A program made the position numbers and the translations under genes. Positions 46,191 through 54,614 of a stretch of 64,000 bases of DNA are shown here, one piece after another. Source of the DNA: Chthonomonadales bacterium (GTDB lineage: Bacteria > Armatimonadota > Chthonomonadetes > Chthonomonadales > CAJBBX01); contig JABWBA010000004.1 in NCBI GenBank assembly GCA_013360745.1, forward strand, positions 13,275-77,274, in the 5' to 3' direction. Every line of letters starts with the position of its first letter. The stretch's first letter is position 1. Below the pieces are notes generated by a model. The model was not told where the DNA came from and did not search any database. It saw only the letters and a program-made list of their open reading frames with translations.

Positions 46191-47131
46191 AAACGCGCCT
46201 GCCGCCCGAAACCGGCGTCGCCGTGGTCGCTCTTCTCTGCTACACATGGTTAGCATCGTTTCTGCCATCGTTCAGGACGGGCGCTACCGCCTCGGTTGTC
46301 CTGAGCAACTCGGCCGAGATCGCCATCCTTGCCTCCGGTATGACGCTAGTCATCGCCACCGGTGGCATCGATGTGTCCGTCGGGTCGGTCCTCGGGCTTT
46401 GCGCCATCGTCTTCGCGCGACTGATGGCCGATGGGAGCTGGTCGATTCCTGCGGCCGCAGCTGCGTGCCTTGCGGCCGGAGCGACCTGCGGCTGGATCAA
46501 CGGAATCCTGATCGCCCGCTACCGTCTGCCGTCCATCGTCGCCACTCTTGCCATCTTTGCTGCTGCTCGTGCCGGGGCCTATTTGCTGAGCGGCGGCGAA
46601 AGCATTTCGAGCCTGCCCGAGGGCTTGATCCGGTTCGGGTATGGGAGCATCGGCGGGATACCGCTTCCGGCCCTACCGGCCATTGCGGCTCTCGTCGCGT
46701 GTGCCATCATATTGAAGCGAACGGCCTACGGGAGGCAGATCCTGGCCCTCGGCGGCAGCCGTGAGGCATCCTTTCTGAGCGGGCACCGTGTCCAGCAGGT
46801 CGAGTGTGGCGTGTTCGTGATGAGCGGGCTGCTGGCTGGCCTTGCGGCGATCCTTACCGTCGCCCGGGGCGCCACGGCCATACCCGACGCTGGCCGGTTT
46901 ACGGAAATGACGGCCATCACCGCAGTTGTGCTCGGAGGGACGCCGGTATCCGGCGGTAACGCTACAATATTGGGCACCGGTCTCGGAGTTCTGACCATAG
47001 GTCTGATCACCAACGGCGTTCGGGCGTATGGCCGGGGTGATATCTGGGTTTTACTGGTACTGGGCCTGGCGCTCCTCGTGTCGGTCGAGGTCGACCGCTG
47101 GCGCTCACGTGAAAGGAGTACGCTCTCATGA
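46187..47131 (+). CDS. Sugar ABC transporter permease (RbsC/CUT2-type), second copy
   Basis: TGGIDVSVGSVLGL motif. The start overlaps the upstream stop. Confidence 0.85.
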   Translation: MKTRLPPETGVAVVALLCYTWLASFLPSFRTGATASVVLSNSAEIAILASGMTLVIATGGIDVSVGSVLGLCAIVFARLMADGSWSIPAAAAACLAAGATCGWINGILIARYRLPSIVATLAIFAAARAGAYLLSGGESISSLPEGLIRFGYGSIGGIPLPALPAIAALVACAIILKRTAYGRQILALGGSREASFLSGHRVQQVECGVFVMSGLLAGLAAILTVARGATAIPDAGRFTEMTAITAVVLGGTPVSGGNATILGTGLGVLTIGLITNGVRAYGRGDIWVLLVLGLALLVSVEVDRWRSRERSTLS

Positions 47132-48120
47132 TTCATTACTTCCGCCTGATCGCACTCAGCATAGCGGTCATGACCATGACACTGCTGATCGCCTCGTGCG
47201 CGCAGGAGCAGCCAGGCGACAAGACACGCAGGATCGCCTTCGTGTTCAAGGTCGATGGGCTCCTGTACAGCGAGGTCTGTAAGCAAGGGGCCGAACAGGC
47301 AGCGAAGGATCTGGGAATCCGGGTCGACTACCTGGCTCCCGACAAGGCCGAGGTCGGCAAGCAGATCGCGATCATCGAACAGTTGATCGCAGAGAAGGCC
47401 GATGCCATTATCGTCTCACCCAACGATGCAGACGCGATCGTGCCCGTGATCGCGAAGGCGATGGACGCCGGGATCAAGGTATTCACCTGGGACTCCGATG
47501 CTCCCAAGTCCCAGCGGATCTTCTACGTCGCAGCGGCGGACGATGTCCAGATCGGTGTCGACATCGCCGACGCTCTGGCCAAACAGATCAACGGCAAGGG
47601 CAAGGTGCAGATCGTCAGCGGCGGACGCGGAGCTGCCAACCTGAACCTGCATGTGACGGGGATGGAGAAAGCCTTCGCCAAATATCGGGGCATCACGCTG
47701 GTCAAGCCCTATATCTACAACGACGATGATAACCAGAAAGCCCGCTCCATGGCGGTCGCGGCGCTTCAGAAGGATCCGGACATCGTGGGCTTCGCGTGCG
47801 CCAACTCACCGAGCGCACCGGCGGTAGGGGAAGCCATCACGAGTCTGAAGAAGATCGGCAAGATCGGTGTCTGGGGTCTGGCGCTTCCGAGCGAAACGCG
47901 CTCGTACCTGAAGTCCGGTGCGGTGTCCGGCCTGATGCTCTGGGATCCCGCCAAACTGACGGCGTTCACCGCCAGAGCCGTCAACGATTATCTCGATGGC
48001 AAGCAGCCGACGGACGGCGCCGAGGTCGAGGGTGTGGGCAAGATCACCTATAAGAACGGAGTGCTGCTCATACCCGGAGCCACCATCACGAAGAACAACG
48101 TCGATCAGTTCGACTTCTAG
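47128..48120 (+). CDS. Sugar ABC transporter substrate-binding lipoprotein (PBP1/RbsB-like)
   Basis: Lipobox LLIASC, with a type-I periplasmic binding fold pattern (IAFVFK...ADAIIVSPNDADAIVPVIAKAMDAGIKVFTWDSD). Confidence 0.85.
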   Translation: MIHYFRLIALSIAVMTMTLLIASCAQEQPGDKTRRIAFVFKVDGLLYSEVCKQGAEQAAKDLGIRVDYLAPDKAEVGKQIAIIEQLIAEKADAIIVSPNDADAIVPVIAKAMDAGIKVFTWDSDAPKSQRIFYVAAADDVQIGVDIADALAKQINGKGKVQIVSGGRGAANLNLHVTGMEKAFAKYRGITLVKPYIYNDDDNQKARSMAVAALQKDPDIVGFACANSPSAPAVGEAITSLKKIGKIGVWGLALPSETRSYLKSGAVSGLMLWDPAKLTAFTARAVNDYLDGKQPTDGAEVEGVGKITYKNGVLLIPGATITKNNVDQFDF

Positions 48121-48127
48121 CATAAAC

Positions 48128-48159
48128 GACGGCGGACGCCTCGGCTGGCGTCCGCCGTC
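48128..48159. terminator. Perfect 13-bp stem / 6-nt loop hairpin between convergent operons
   Basis: GACGGCGGACGCC-TCGGCT-GGCGTCCGCCGTC lies between the ABC binding-protein gene (+) and sufT (-). Confidence 0.65.
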
Positions 48160-48174
48160 GCGGTTCCTCCGGTC

Positions 48175-48513
48175 CTACAACCAGCCAAGCTCGAGCTTCG
48201 CAGCCTCGCTCATGCGATCGGGTGTCCACGGCGGATCCCAGACTACATCCACGATCGCGTCAAAGACGCCGCGCACCTGTTTGATGCTCTCCTCGACTTC
48301 GATCGGCATCGACACCGCCACGGGACATCCAGGCGCCGTCAGAGTCATCTCGACATGGACGATCGCGTCCTCGCGAACATCAACGCTATAGATCAGCCCC
48401 AGATCATAGATGTTTACCGGGATTTCCGGATCATAGATCCTCTTGAGCGCTTCGATCGTATCGGATTCGATCGCCAGCCTCTCGACCTTGTTCAGTTTAT
48501 CGCCGCTTTCCAT
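48175..48513 (-). CDS. sufT: DUF59/SufT-type Fe-S cluster assembly protein
   Basis: IEALKRIYDPEIPVNIYDLGLIY...MTLTAPGCPVA. Start set at ATG 48513, 2 nt after the sufU stop. Confidence 0.8.
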   Translation of the reverse strand: MESGDKLNKVERLAIESDTIEALKRIYDPEIPVNIYDLGLIYSVDVREDAIVHVEMTLTAPGCPVAVSMPIEVEESIKQVRGVFDAIVDVVWDPPWTPDRMSEAAKLELGWL

Positions 48514-48515
48514 GT

Positions 48516-48968
48516 TTACTCCGTTGTAACAATGCCCTTGCCGTCCTTTATGGCAGCGAGGAGCGTGTGCCATGCCAGACTAGCGCATTTGACCCGCGCA
48601 GGGAACTCACAGACGCCCGAGAACGCCGCGAGTTTGCCCATTCGCTCCACATCCGGCAGAGCGCTCGGGTCGTCGGTGACCATTCGATGGAACTCATCGA
48701 ACAGACGGATGACCTCGTCGCGCGACTTACCGCGGATCGCCTCGGTCATCATCGAGGCCGACGCCTTGGAGATCGCACACCCGGCGCCCTGAAACGTGAC
48801 GTCTCGAACGGCATCGCCGTCCATATCCACATAGACCGTGATCTCATCACCGCATAGCGGGTTGTGTCCAACCGCGCTTCCGTCGGGATGCTCGATGACC
48901 CGGAAGTTCCTCGGCCGCCGATTATGGTCGAGGATCACCTCCTGATATAACTCGCTGAACTCAGACAA
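48516..48968 (-). CDS. sufU: SUF-system Fe-S scaffold/sulfur acceptor SufU (NifU-like)
   Basis: LYQEVILDHNRRPRN...NPLCGDEI...GAGCAISKASASMM...CASLAW. Confidence 0.9.
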   Translation of the reverse strand: MSEFSELYQEVILDHNRRPRNFRVIEHPDGSAVGHNPLCGDEITVYVDMDGDAVRDVTFQGAGCAISKASASMMTEAIRGKSRDEVIRLFDEFHRMVTDDPSALPDVERMGKLAAFSGVCEFPARVKCASLAWHTLLAAIKDGKGIVTTE

Positions 48969-48994
48969 CCATGCCTCCTCGGACCGTCTGACGC

Positions 48995-50254
48995 CTATCC
49001 GCCTGAGAACAGCCCATGTACTCTCTCAAGGGCGTCGGCGAGAGCATCGACCTCAGCCCGAGTATTATAGAGCGCAAAGGACGCCCGCGCAGTCGCAGGC
49101 AAACAGAGCCGTTTCATGAGTGGCATCGCGCAGTGATGGCCTGTTCGGATCGCAACGCCCTGCAGATCCGCAATCGTCCCGATGTCATGCGGATGAGCCG
49201 CATCCATGACAAACGAGACGATGCCGATCTTGTTCGGAGCCGTCCCGACCACCGTTAACCCGTTGATGGCGGAGAGCCGTTCCGTAGCGTACTGGAGCAG
49301 ATCCCGCTCGTGGGCCTCCATCGCCACCCGGTCGCAGGCCATCAGATACTCGAGCGCGGCGCCCAGCCCGATCACCCCCGCAATATGGGGCGTCCCCGCC
49401 TCGAACTTGCCAGGAACATCGCTGTACGTCGTCTTTTCGAAGGAGACCGTGCGGATCATATCCCCGCCCCCCTGGTACGGTGGCATCTGCTCGAGCAGGC
49501 TCATGCGGCCCCAGAGAACGCCAATACCAGTCGGACCGAGCGCTTTGTGGCCGGAAAAGGCGTAGAAGTCGCACCCGAGCGACTGGACATCGACCGGGAG
49601 ATGCCCCGCCGCCTGAGCGCCGTCCACCAGAACCGCCGCCCCTGCCTCATGGGCCATGCGGCATATCTCACGGATGGGGTTCACCGTCCCCAGGGCATTC
49701 GATGCATGCCCAACGGCGACGATCGCGGTCTTGCTCGACAGCATGCCCGCAAGCGTGTCGAGTCGGAGTTCTCCTTCATCCGTGATCGGCACGACGCGCA
49801 GCGTGGCGCCGAACCGCTCACACGCCATCTGCCACGGGACGATGTTGGCATGATGCTCCAGTTCGGTCACCAGCACTTCCCGCCCCGGGCCCAGTGCGAT
49901 CGAACCATACGAACTCGCCACTAGGTTGATCGCTTCGGTCGTCCCCCGAACGTAGATGATCTCCCGGTTGTCGGGAGCGTTCATAAAGCGCCGCACAACG
50001 CAGCGGGCGCATTCGTACGCATCCGTCGCTCGCTGGCTCAGCGAGTGGACCCCTCGATGGATGTTGGCGTTGTCCTCGGTGTAGAACCGCCGCATCGCGT
50101 CGAGCACATGCAATGGTTTCTGGGTAGTGGCAGCGTTATCGAGATAGACCAGCGGGCGCCCGCGCACGGTCTGGGCCAGCGCAGGGAAATCCTCCCGAAT
50201 CCGCTCCACATCGAAGGAGCCATCGATCTGGCGATCGAGTACTTGAAGGCTCAT
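48995..50254 (-). CDS. sufS: Cysteine desulfurase SufS
   Basis: Class-V aminotransferase with SGHKALGPTG (PLP Lys) and RTGHHCAMPL (catalytic Cys loop). Confidence 0.95.
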   Translation of the reverse strand: MSLQVLDRQIDGSFDVERIREDFPALAQTVRGRPLVYLDNAATTQKPLHVLDAMRRFYTEDNANIHRGVHSLSQRATDAYECARCVVRRFMNAPDNREIIYVRGTTEAINLVASSYGSIALGPGREVLVTELEHHANIVPWQMACERFGATLRVVPITDEGELRLDTLAGMLSSKTAIVAVGHASNALGTVNPIREICRMAHEAGAAVLVDGAQAAGHLPVDVQSLGCDFYAFSGHKALGPTGIGVLWGRMSLLEQMPPYQGGGDMIRTVSFEKTTYSDVPGKFEAGTPHIAGVIGLGAALEYLMACDRVAMEAHERDLLQYATERLSAINGLTVVGTAPNKIGIVSFVMDAAHPHDIGTIADLQGVAIRTGHHCAMPLMKRLCLPATARASFALYNTRAEVDALADALERVHGLFSGG

Positions 50255-50278
50255 GTACAGGTCCTCCTGACCCGCATC

Positions 50279-51622
50279 CTAGCCGGTGAACGGCGCGGAC
50301 GGCGTCGGCAAGCTGACCAGCAGATCGGCATCGATGCGGCTCCGGATCTCGGCGATCCCCATCCGATCGAGGATATCCGTGGCGAAGGCATGCACCAGCA
50401 CGGCCCGAGCGTCCTCCTGCTTGATGCCCCGGGAGCGGAGATAGAAGAGCGATTCCGCGTCGAGCTGGCCTACGGTGGCGCCATGCGTGCACCGAACGTC
50501 ATCCGCGAAGATCTCCAACTGCGGTTTGGTATCGATCTGCGCAGCCTCCGAGAGTAGCAGCGTCTGGTTGCTCTGCTTCGCGTTCGTCTTCTGGGCATCC
50601 TCGCGGACGAATACTTTGCCGTTGAACACGCCCCTGGCCCGATCTGCCAGTATGCTCTTGTACGTCTCGTGGCTCTCGCAATGAGGCACTGCGTGATCGA
50701 TGGTGGTGTGGTTGTCGATCAGCTGCCGGTCGTTTGCGACGCAGAGGCCGTTAAGCGTGCATTCCGCGCCCGGCCCAAGCAGCGCCGCGCTTAGGTCGTG
50801 CCGACCCAGGCTCGCGCCGGTCTGTACGACGTGGGAGGTGTAGCGGCTATCCCTGCCCATACGGACCGCCGTCTGCCCGAGATGGTACGCCGTCCGGGGC
50901 TCCTGCTGCAGCCGGTAGTGCTCCACGGCCGCTCCATCGCCGACCCCGACCTCTGTGACGCCATTGGTCCAGTAGGCTGCCCCCTCCTGGCCGATGTACG
51001 TCTCGATCACCGTGACGCTGCTCATCGGCTGGGCCAATACCAGAGCTCGTGTGCTATGCACCGCGGGCGTCCGATCGGCGGCGCCGATATAGAGAACGTG
51101 CACCGGAGCGTCGACCTGAACGCCCCGATCCACGACGATCACGAGCGCGTCCGCCATGAGTGCGGTGTTCAGGGATGCCAGTGCGCTCCCGCGCGCCGTG
51201 AGCTTGCCGAGGGCTTCGGATACCATCGGCGCCAGATCGGCCGGCAGCTCCCTGAGGCGGGCAACGGTAAGGCCGGCGGTCGACTTGCCCGTGGTCCGGA
51301 TGACGCCGTTTGCCACCACAACCTGAGTGGCTCCCGGGAGAGCCTGCTGGCGCGCCAACGGTTCCCATACATCGACGCTCGCCTCCGAGGGCGTCGTGAA
51401 CAGCCCTTCGGCGATCGGTCCGATCGGGGTAAACCGCCATTCCTCGTCCCGCGGCAGGGGAAAACCCTGCTCTTCAAACGCGTCCATCCCCTCCTCGCGG
51501 AGCGCATGGAGCCATGCCGGCTCATGGGCACGTCCGCTAGCTCCGTCGTCGTAGAGCCTGCGGTAGTGGGTGACGCGGCCCGGACGCGTCCGCACCGCCT
51601 GACCTCGGGGCATAGCACTCAT
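50279..51622 (-). CDS. sufD: Fe-S cluster assembly protein SufD
   Basis: C-terminal beta-helix region with ...PQLEIFADDVRCTHGATVGQLD.... The start ATG 51622 overlaps the sufC stop (ATGA). Confidence 0.9.
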   Translation of the reverse strand: MSAMPRGQAVRTRPGRVTHYRRLYDDGASGRAHEPAWLHALREEGMDAFEEQGFPLPRDEEWRFTPIGPIAEGLFTTPSEASVDVWEPLARQQALPGATQVVVANGVIRTTGKSTAGLTVARLRELPADLAPMVSEALGKLTARGSALASLNTALMADALVIVVDRGVQVDAPVHVLYIGAADRTPAVHSTRALVLAQPMSSVTVIETYIGQEGAAYWTNGVTEVGVGDGAAVEHYRLQQEPRTAYHLGQTAVRMGRDSRYTSHVVQTGASLGRHDLSAALLGPGAECTLNGLCVANDRQLIDNHTTIDHAVPHCESHETYKSILADRARGVFNGKVFVREDAQKTNAKQSNQTLLLSEAAQIDTKPQLEIFADDVRCTHGATVGQLDAESLFYLRSRGIKQEDARAVLVHAFATDILDRMGIAEIRSRIDADLLVSLPTPSAPFTG

Positions 51623-52401
51623 CGCCGCGCCCCCGCAGGCGTCGGGGCCTCCTCGTCGATCCAACCGTAGCCTTTGTCCTCGAGCTCCAACGCCAGGGTC
51701 TTATCGCCGGAGCGGAGGATGCGGCCGTCCGCAAGCACATGGACGAAGTCAGGGACGATATAGTCGAGAAGCCTCTGATAATGGGTCACAACGATCGTGG
51801 CTCGCTCGGGCGACCGAAGCGCGTTGACGCCGCTCGCGACGACGCGGAGGGCGTCGATATCGAGTCCCGAATCGGTCTCATCCAGGATCGCGAGTTTCGG
51901 GCTGAGAACGGCCATCTGGAGGATCTCATTACGCTTCTTTTCGCCGCCTGAAAATCCCTCATTCACCGGGCGATTGAGAAGCGCGGGGTCCATGTCCAGT
52001 TCCTTGATCCGGCTTCGGATCAGCGACATGAACTCCATCGCGTCGAGCTCGTTTTCGCCCCTGGCCTTTCGCTGCGCGTTGAGCGCCGCTTTGAGGAAGT
52101 AGGTGTTGTTCACACCGGGAATCTCGATCGGATACTGAAAGGCCATGAAGATGCCTGCCCAGGCCCGCTCCTCCGGCTCCAGTTCCAGCAGATCCTGCCC
52201 CTCGAAGAGAACCTCTCCGGACGTCACCTCGTAATCATGGTGCCCGGCGATCACCCGGGCCAGCGTACTCTTCCCAGAACCGTTGGGCCCCATGATCGCA
52301 TGGACCTCACCCGCCCGAACCGACAGACTGATCCCCCGCAGGATCTCATTGCCGCCGACACCAGCGTGCAGTTCTCGTATATCAAGCATTGTTGTATTCA
52401 T
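51619..52401 (-). CDS. sufC: Fe-S cluster assembly ATPase SufC
   Basis: Walker A GPNGSGKST, signature FSGGEKKRNEI, Walker B LAILDETDSGLD. Confidence 0.95.
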   Translation of the reverse strand: MNTTMLDIRELHAGVGGNEILRGISLSVRAGEVHAIMGPNGSGKSTLARVIAGHHDYEVTSGEVLFEGQDLLELEPEERAWAGIFMAFQYPIEIPGVNNTYFLKAALNAQRKARGENELDAMEFMSLIRSRIKELDMDPALLNRPVNEGFSGGEKKRNEILQMAVLSPKLAILDETDSGLDIDALRVVASGVNALRSPERATIVVTHYQRLLDYIVPDFVHVLADGRILRSGDKTLALELEDKGYGWIDEEAPTPAGARR

Positions 52402-52419
52402 CCTTATAATCGATTTCGT

Positions 52420-53868
52420 CTAGCCTACGCTGCCTTCGAGGCTGATGCTCAGCAGCTTCTGCGCCTCGACCGCAAACTCCATCGGCAGGACCCGGAAGAC
52501 CTCCTTGCAGAAACCGCTCACGATCATATTCACGGCATCCTCCGTCGGGATGCCCCGCTGCCGACAGTAGAAGATCTGATCCTCACCAATCTTGGACGTA
52601 CTGGCTTCGTGCTCTACCTGGGCCGTTCGGTTGCGGACGTCGATGTAGGGCATGGTGTGGGCGCCGCACCGATCGCCGATCAGCAGCGAATCGCACTGGG
52701 AATAGTTGCGCGCTCCCGTAGCGCCGGAGTTCACCTTGACCAGACCCCGGTACGTGTTCTGCCCGCGACCGGCCGATATCCCTTTGGATACGATCGTGCT
52801 GCGGGTATTGCGGCCGATATGCACCATTTTCGTGCCCGTATCCGCCTGCTGCCTGTTGTTCGTCACGGCAACCGAATAGAACTCACCTACCGATTCATCC
52901 CCGATGAGCAGACAGGACGGGTATTTCCAGGTGATCGCCGAGCCTGTCTCCACCTGCGTCCAGGTGATTTTCGAACGGGCTCCGAGGCATTTGCCCCGTT
53001 TCGTAACGAAGTTGTAGATGCCCCCTCGCCCCTCTTTGTCCCCCGGATACCAGTTCTGCACGGTCGAGTACTTGATGGTCGCGCTCTCATGGGCGACGAG
53101 CTCGACGACCGCAGCATGCAGCTGGTTCTCGTCCCGCATTGGAGCCGTACAGCCCTCCAGATAGCTCACATGGCTGCCAGGATCCGCGATGATCAGCGTC
53201 CGCTCGAACTGGCCGGTATTTCGTGCGTTGATTCGAAAGTAGGTGGAGAGCTCCATCGGACAGCGGACGCCTTCGGGGATATAGCAAAACGAGCCGTCGC
53301 TGAAGACCGCTGAGTTGAGGGCGGCGAAGTAGTTATCGCTATAGGGCACGACGCTGCCGAGATAGCGCCGCACGAGGTCCGGATGCTCACGGACGGCTTC
53401 CGAGAACGAGCAGAAGATGATGCCCAGTTCGGCCAGCTTCGCCCGGAACGTCGTGGCCACAGAGACGCTATCGAACACGGCATCCACGGCAACGCCCGCC
53501 AGCATCTTCTGTTCCTCCAGCGGTATTCCGAGTTTGTCGAATGTGCGGAGGAGTTCGGGATCGACCTCGTCCAGGCTCTTCGGTCCTTCCTTCTGCGACT
53601 TCGGAGCCGAGTAGTAGATAATATCCTGATAGTCGATGGGGTCGAAGTGGACGTTCTGCCACGTCGGCTGCTCCATGGTCAACCATCGCCGATAAGCCTT
53701 CAAGCGCCACTCCAGGAGCCACTCCGGTTCCTCTTTGCGACGGGAGATCTCGGCGACGATCTCCTCGCTGAGCCCTTTAGGCAGCGTATCCGATTCTATA
53801 TCCGTACTCCAGCCGTGCTTATATTCCTGAGTGGCCAGAGCCTCGATCGAGTCTGTTGTCGTATTCAT
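52420..53868 (-). CDS. sufB: Fe-S cluster assembly scaffold SufB
   Basis: Canonical SufB sequence over 482 aa (...[28 protein letters not shown]...). Confidence 0.95.
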   Translation of the reverse strand: MNTTTDSIEALATQEYKHGWSTDIESDTLPKGLSEEIVAEISRRKEEPEWLLEWRLKAYRRWLTMEQPTWQNVHFDPIDYQDIIYYSAPKSQKEGPKSLDEVDPELLRTFDKLGIPLEEQKMLAGVAVDAVFDSVSVATTFRAKLAELGIIFCSFSEAVREHPDLVRRYLGSVVPYSDNYFAALNSAVFSDGSFCYIPEGVRCPMELSTYFRINARNTGQFERTLIIADPGSHVSYLEGCTAPMRDENQLHAAVVELVAHESATIKYSTVQNWYPGDKEGRGGIYNFVTKRGKCLGARSKITWTQVETGSAITWKYPSCLLIGDESVGEFYSVAVTNNRQQADTGTKMVHIGRNTRSTIVSKGISAGRGQNTYRGLVKVNSGATGARNYSQCDSLLIGDRCGAHTMPYIDVRNRTAQVEHEASTSKIGEDQIFYCRQRGIPTEDAVNMIVSGFCKEVFRVLPMEFAVEAQKLLSISLEGSVG

Positions 53869-54314
53869 CCTCTACCTCGAGATCCCCGTTCCGTCGAGAT
53901 CTCATCATTATCCTGGGTCAGTTCACTGATAGGTATGGCATCCAGCATCCGAAACACCTGACGGCTGATGCGGGCCAGGGGGCGCCGGATCGTGCAGTGC
54001 GTATGCTGAACACAGCCGATCTCGGCCTCGCGAAGGCAATGGGCCAGCGCAGGAGTGCCTTCGACCGCCTCAAGCACTGCCCCGATCGAGATATCGTCCG
54101 CTGGCCTCGCCAGCGAGTAGCCGCCGCTGCGACCTGCGGTCGAGTTCAGAAGACCGGATCGGGCGAGCTTCTGGAGGATCTTCGCGAGGAGATCCGCCGG
54201 AATCTCATAGTGCTCGGCGATTTCCCGTGCACGTATCGAACGCTGCCCGCCCGCCAGCGCGACGTACGTCAGGGCGAGCAGCGCATAATCGGTTCTCTTG
54301 GTAATCCCAATCAT
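53865..54314 (-). CDS. Rrf2-family transcriptional regulator (IscR/SufR-like role)
   Basis: [19 protein letters not shown]... is a winged-HTH start typical of Rrf2. Cys residues (C..C..C: [17 protein letters not shown]) suggest a cluster ligand set. The stop overlaps the sufB start. Confidence 0.9.
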   Translation of the reverse strand: MIGITKRTDYALLALTYVALAGGQRSIRAREIAEHYEIPADLLAKILQKLARSGLLNSTAGRSGGYSLARPADDISIGAVLEAVEGTPALAHCLREAEIGCVQHTHCTIRRPLARISRQVFRMLDAIPISELTQDNDEISTERGSRGRG

Positions 54315-54329
54315 CGCATGAGTAAATCC

Positions 54330-54344
54330 CGACCGTTTCGGTCG
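54330..54344. promoter_or_regulatory. Palindrome CGACCGTTTCGGTCG upstream of the Rrf2 gene (candidate autoregulatory operator)
   Basis: A perfect 6-bp arm palindrome with a GAC-N7-GTC core, like IscR type-1 sites. It lies 16 nt upstream of the ATG and just downstream of a minus-strand TAGAAT -10-like hexamer (54355-54350). Confidence 0.45.
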
Positions 54345-54614
54345 TAGATATTCTACCCTACGCCCAGACGCAGACTGCGGTTCCGCGCTGCTCACCATCC
54401 TGAAGTATCGGGAGGTACGACGACGCCAGGAAGGAATCGAGCCGGTACGCGCCGTAGTTGCTGTAAGAGGCGACGTGTCCTTGCCCGTCGTCTGGAGAGC
54501 AGTCCGTTCACGACTCATACGCCGAGATCCATAGGCAAATGACGGCGTGCGGGCAGCGCATTGTTAGATGCGCCGCCGCACAACTACATGATCTGTAAGG
54601 ACGGAGGTAATGGG

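Noticed and set aside
48171-48180. Extra copy of GGTCCTACAA next to the sufT stop, matching the 6944-7023 motif
   Set aside because: A single 8-10-mer match is expected by chance a few times in 64 kb on both strands, and no partner inverted repeat is nearby.
52237-53313. 358-aa plus-strand ORF
   Set aside because: Antisense to sufB and sufC, which are unambiguous, and no recognisable domain.
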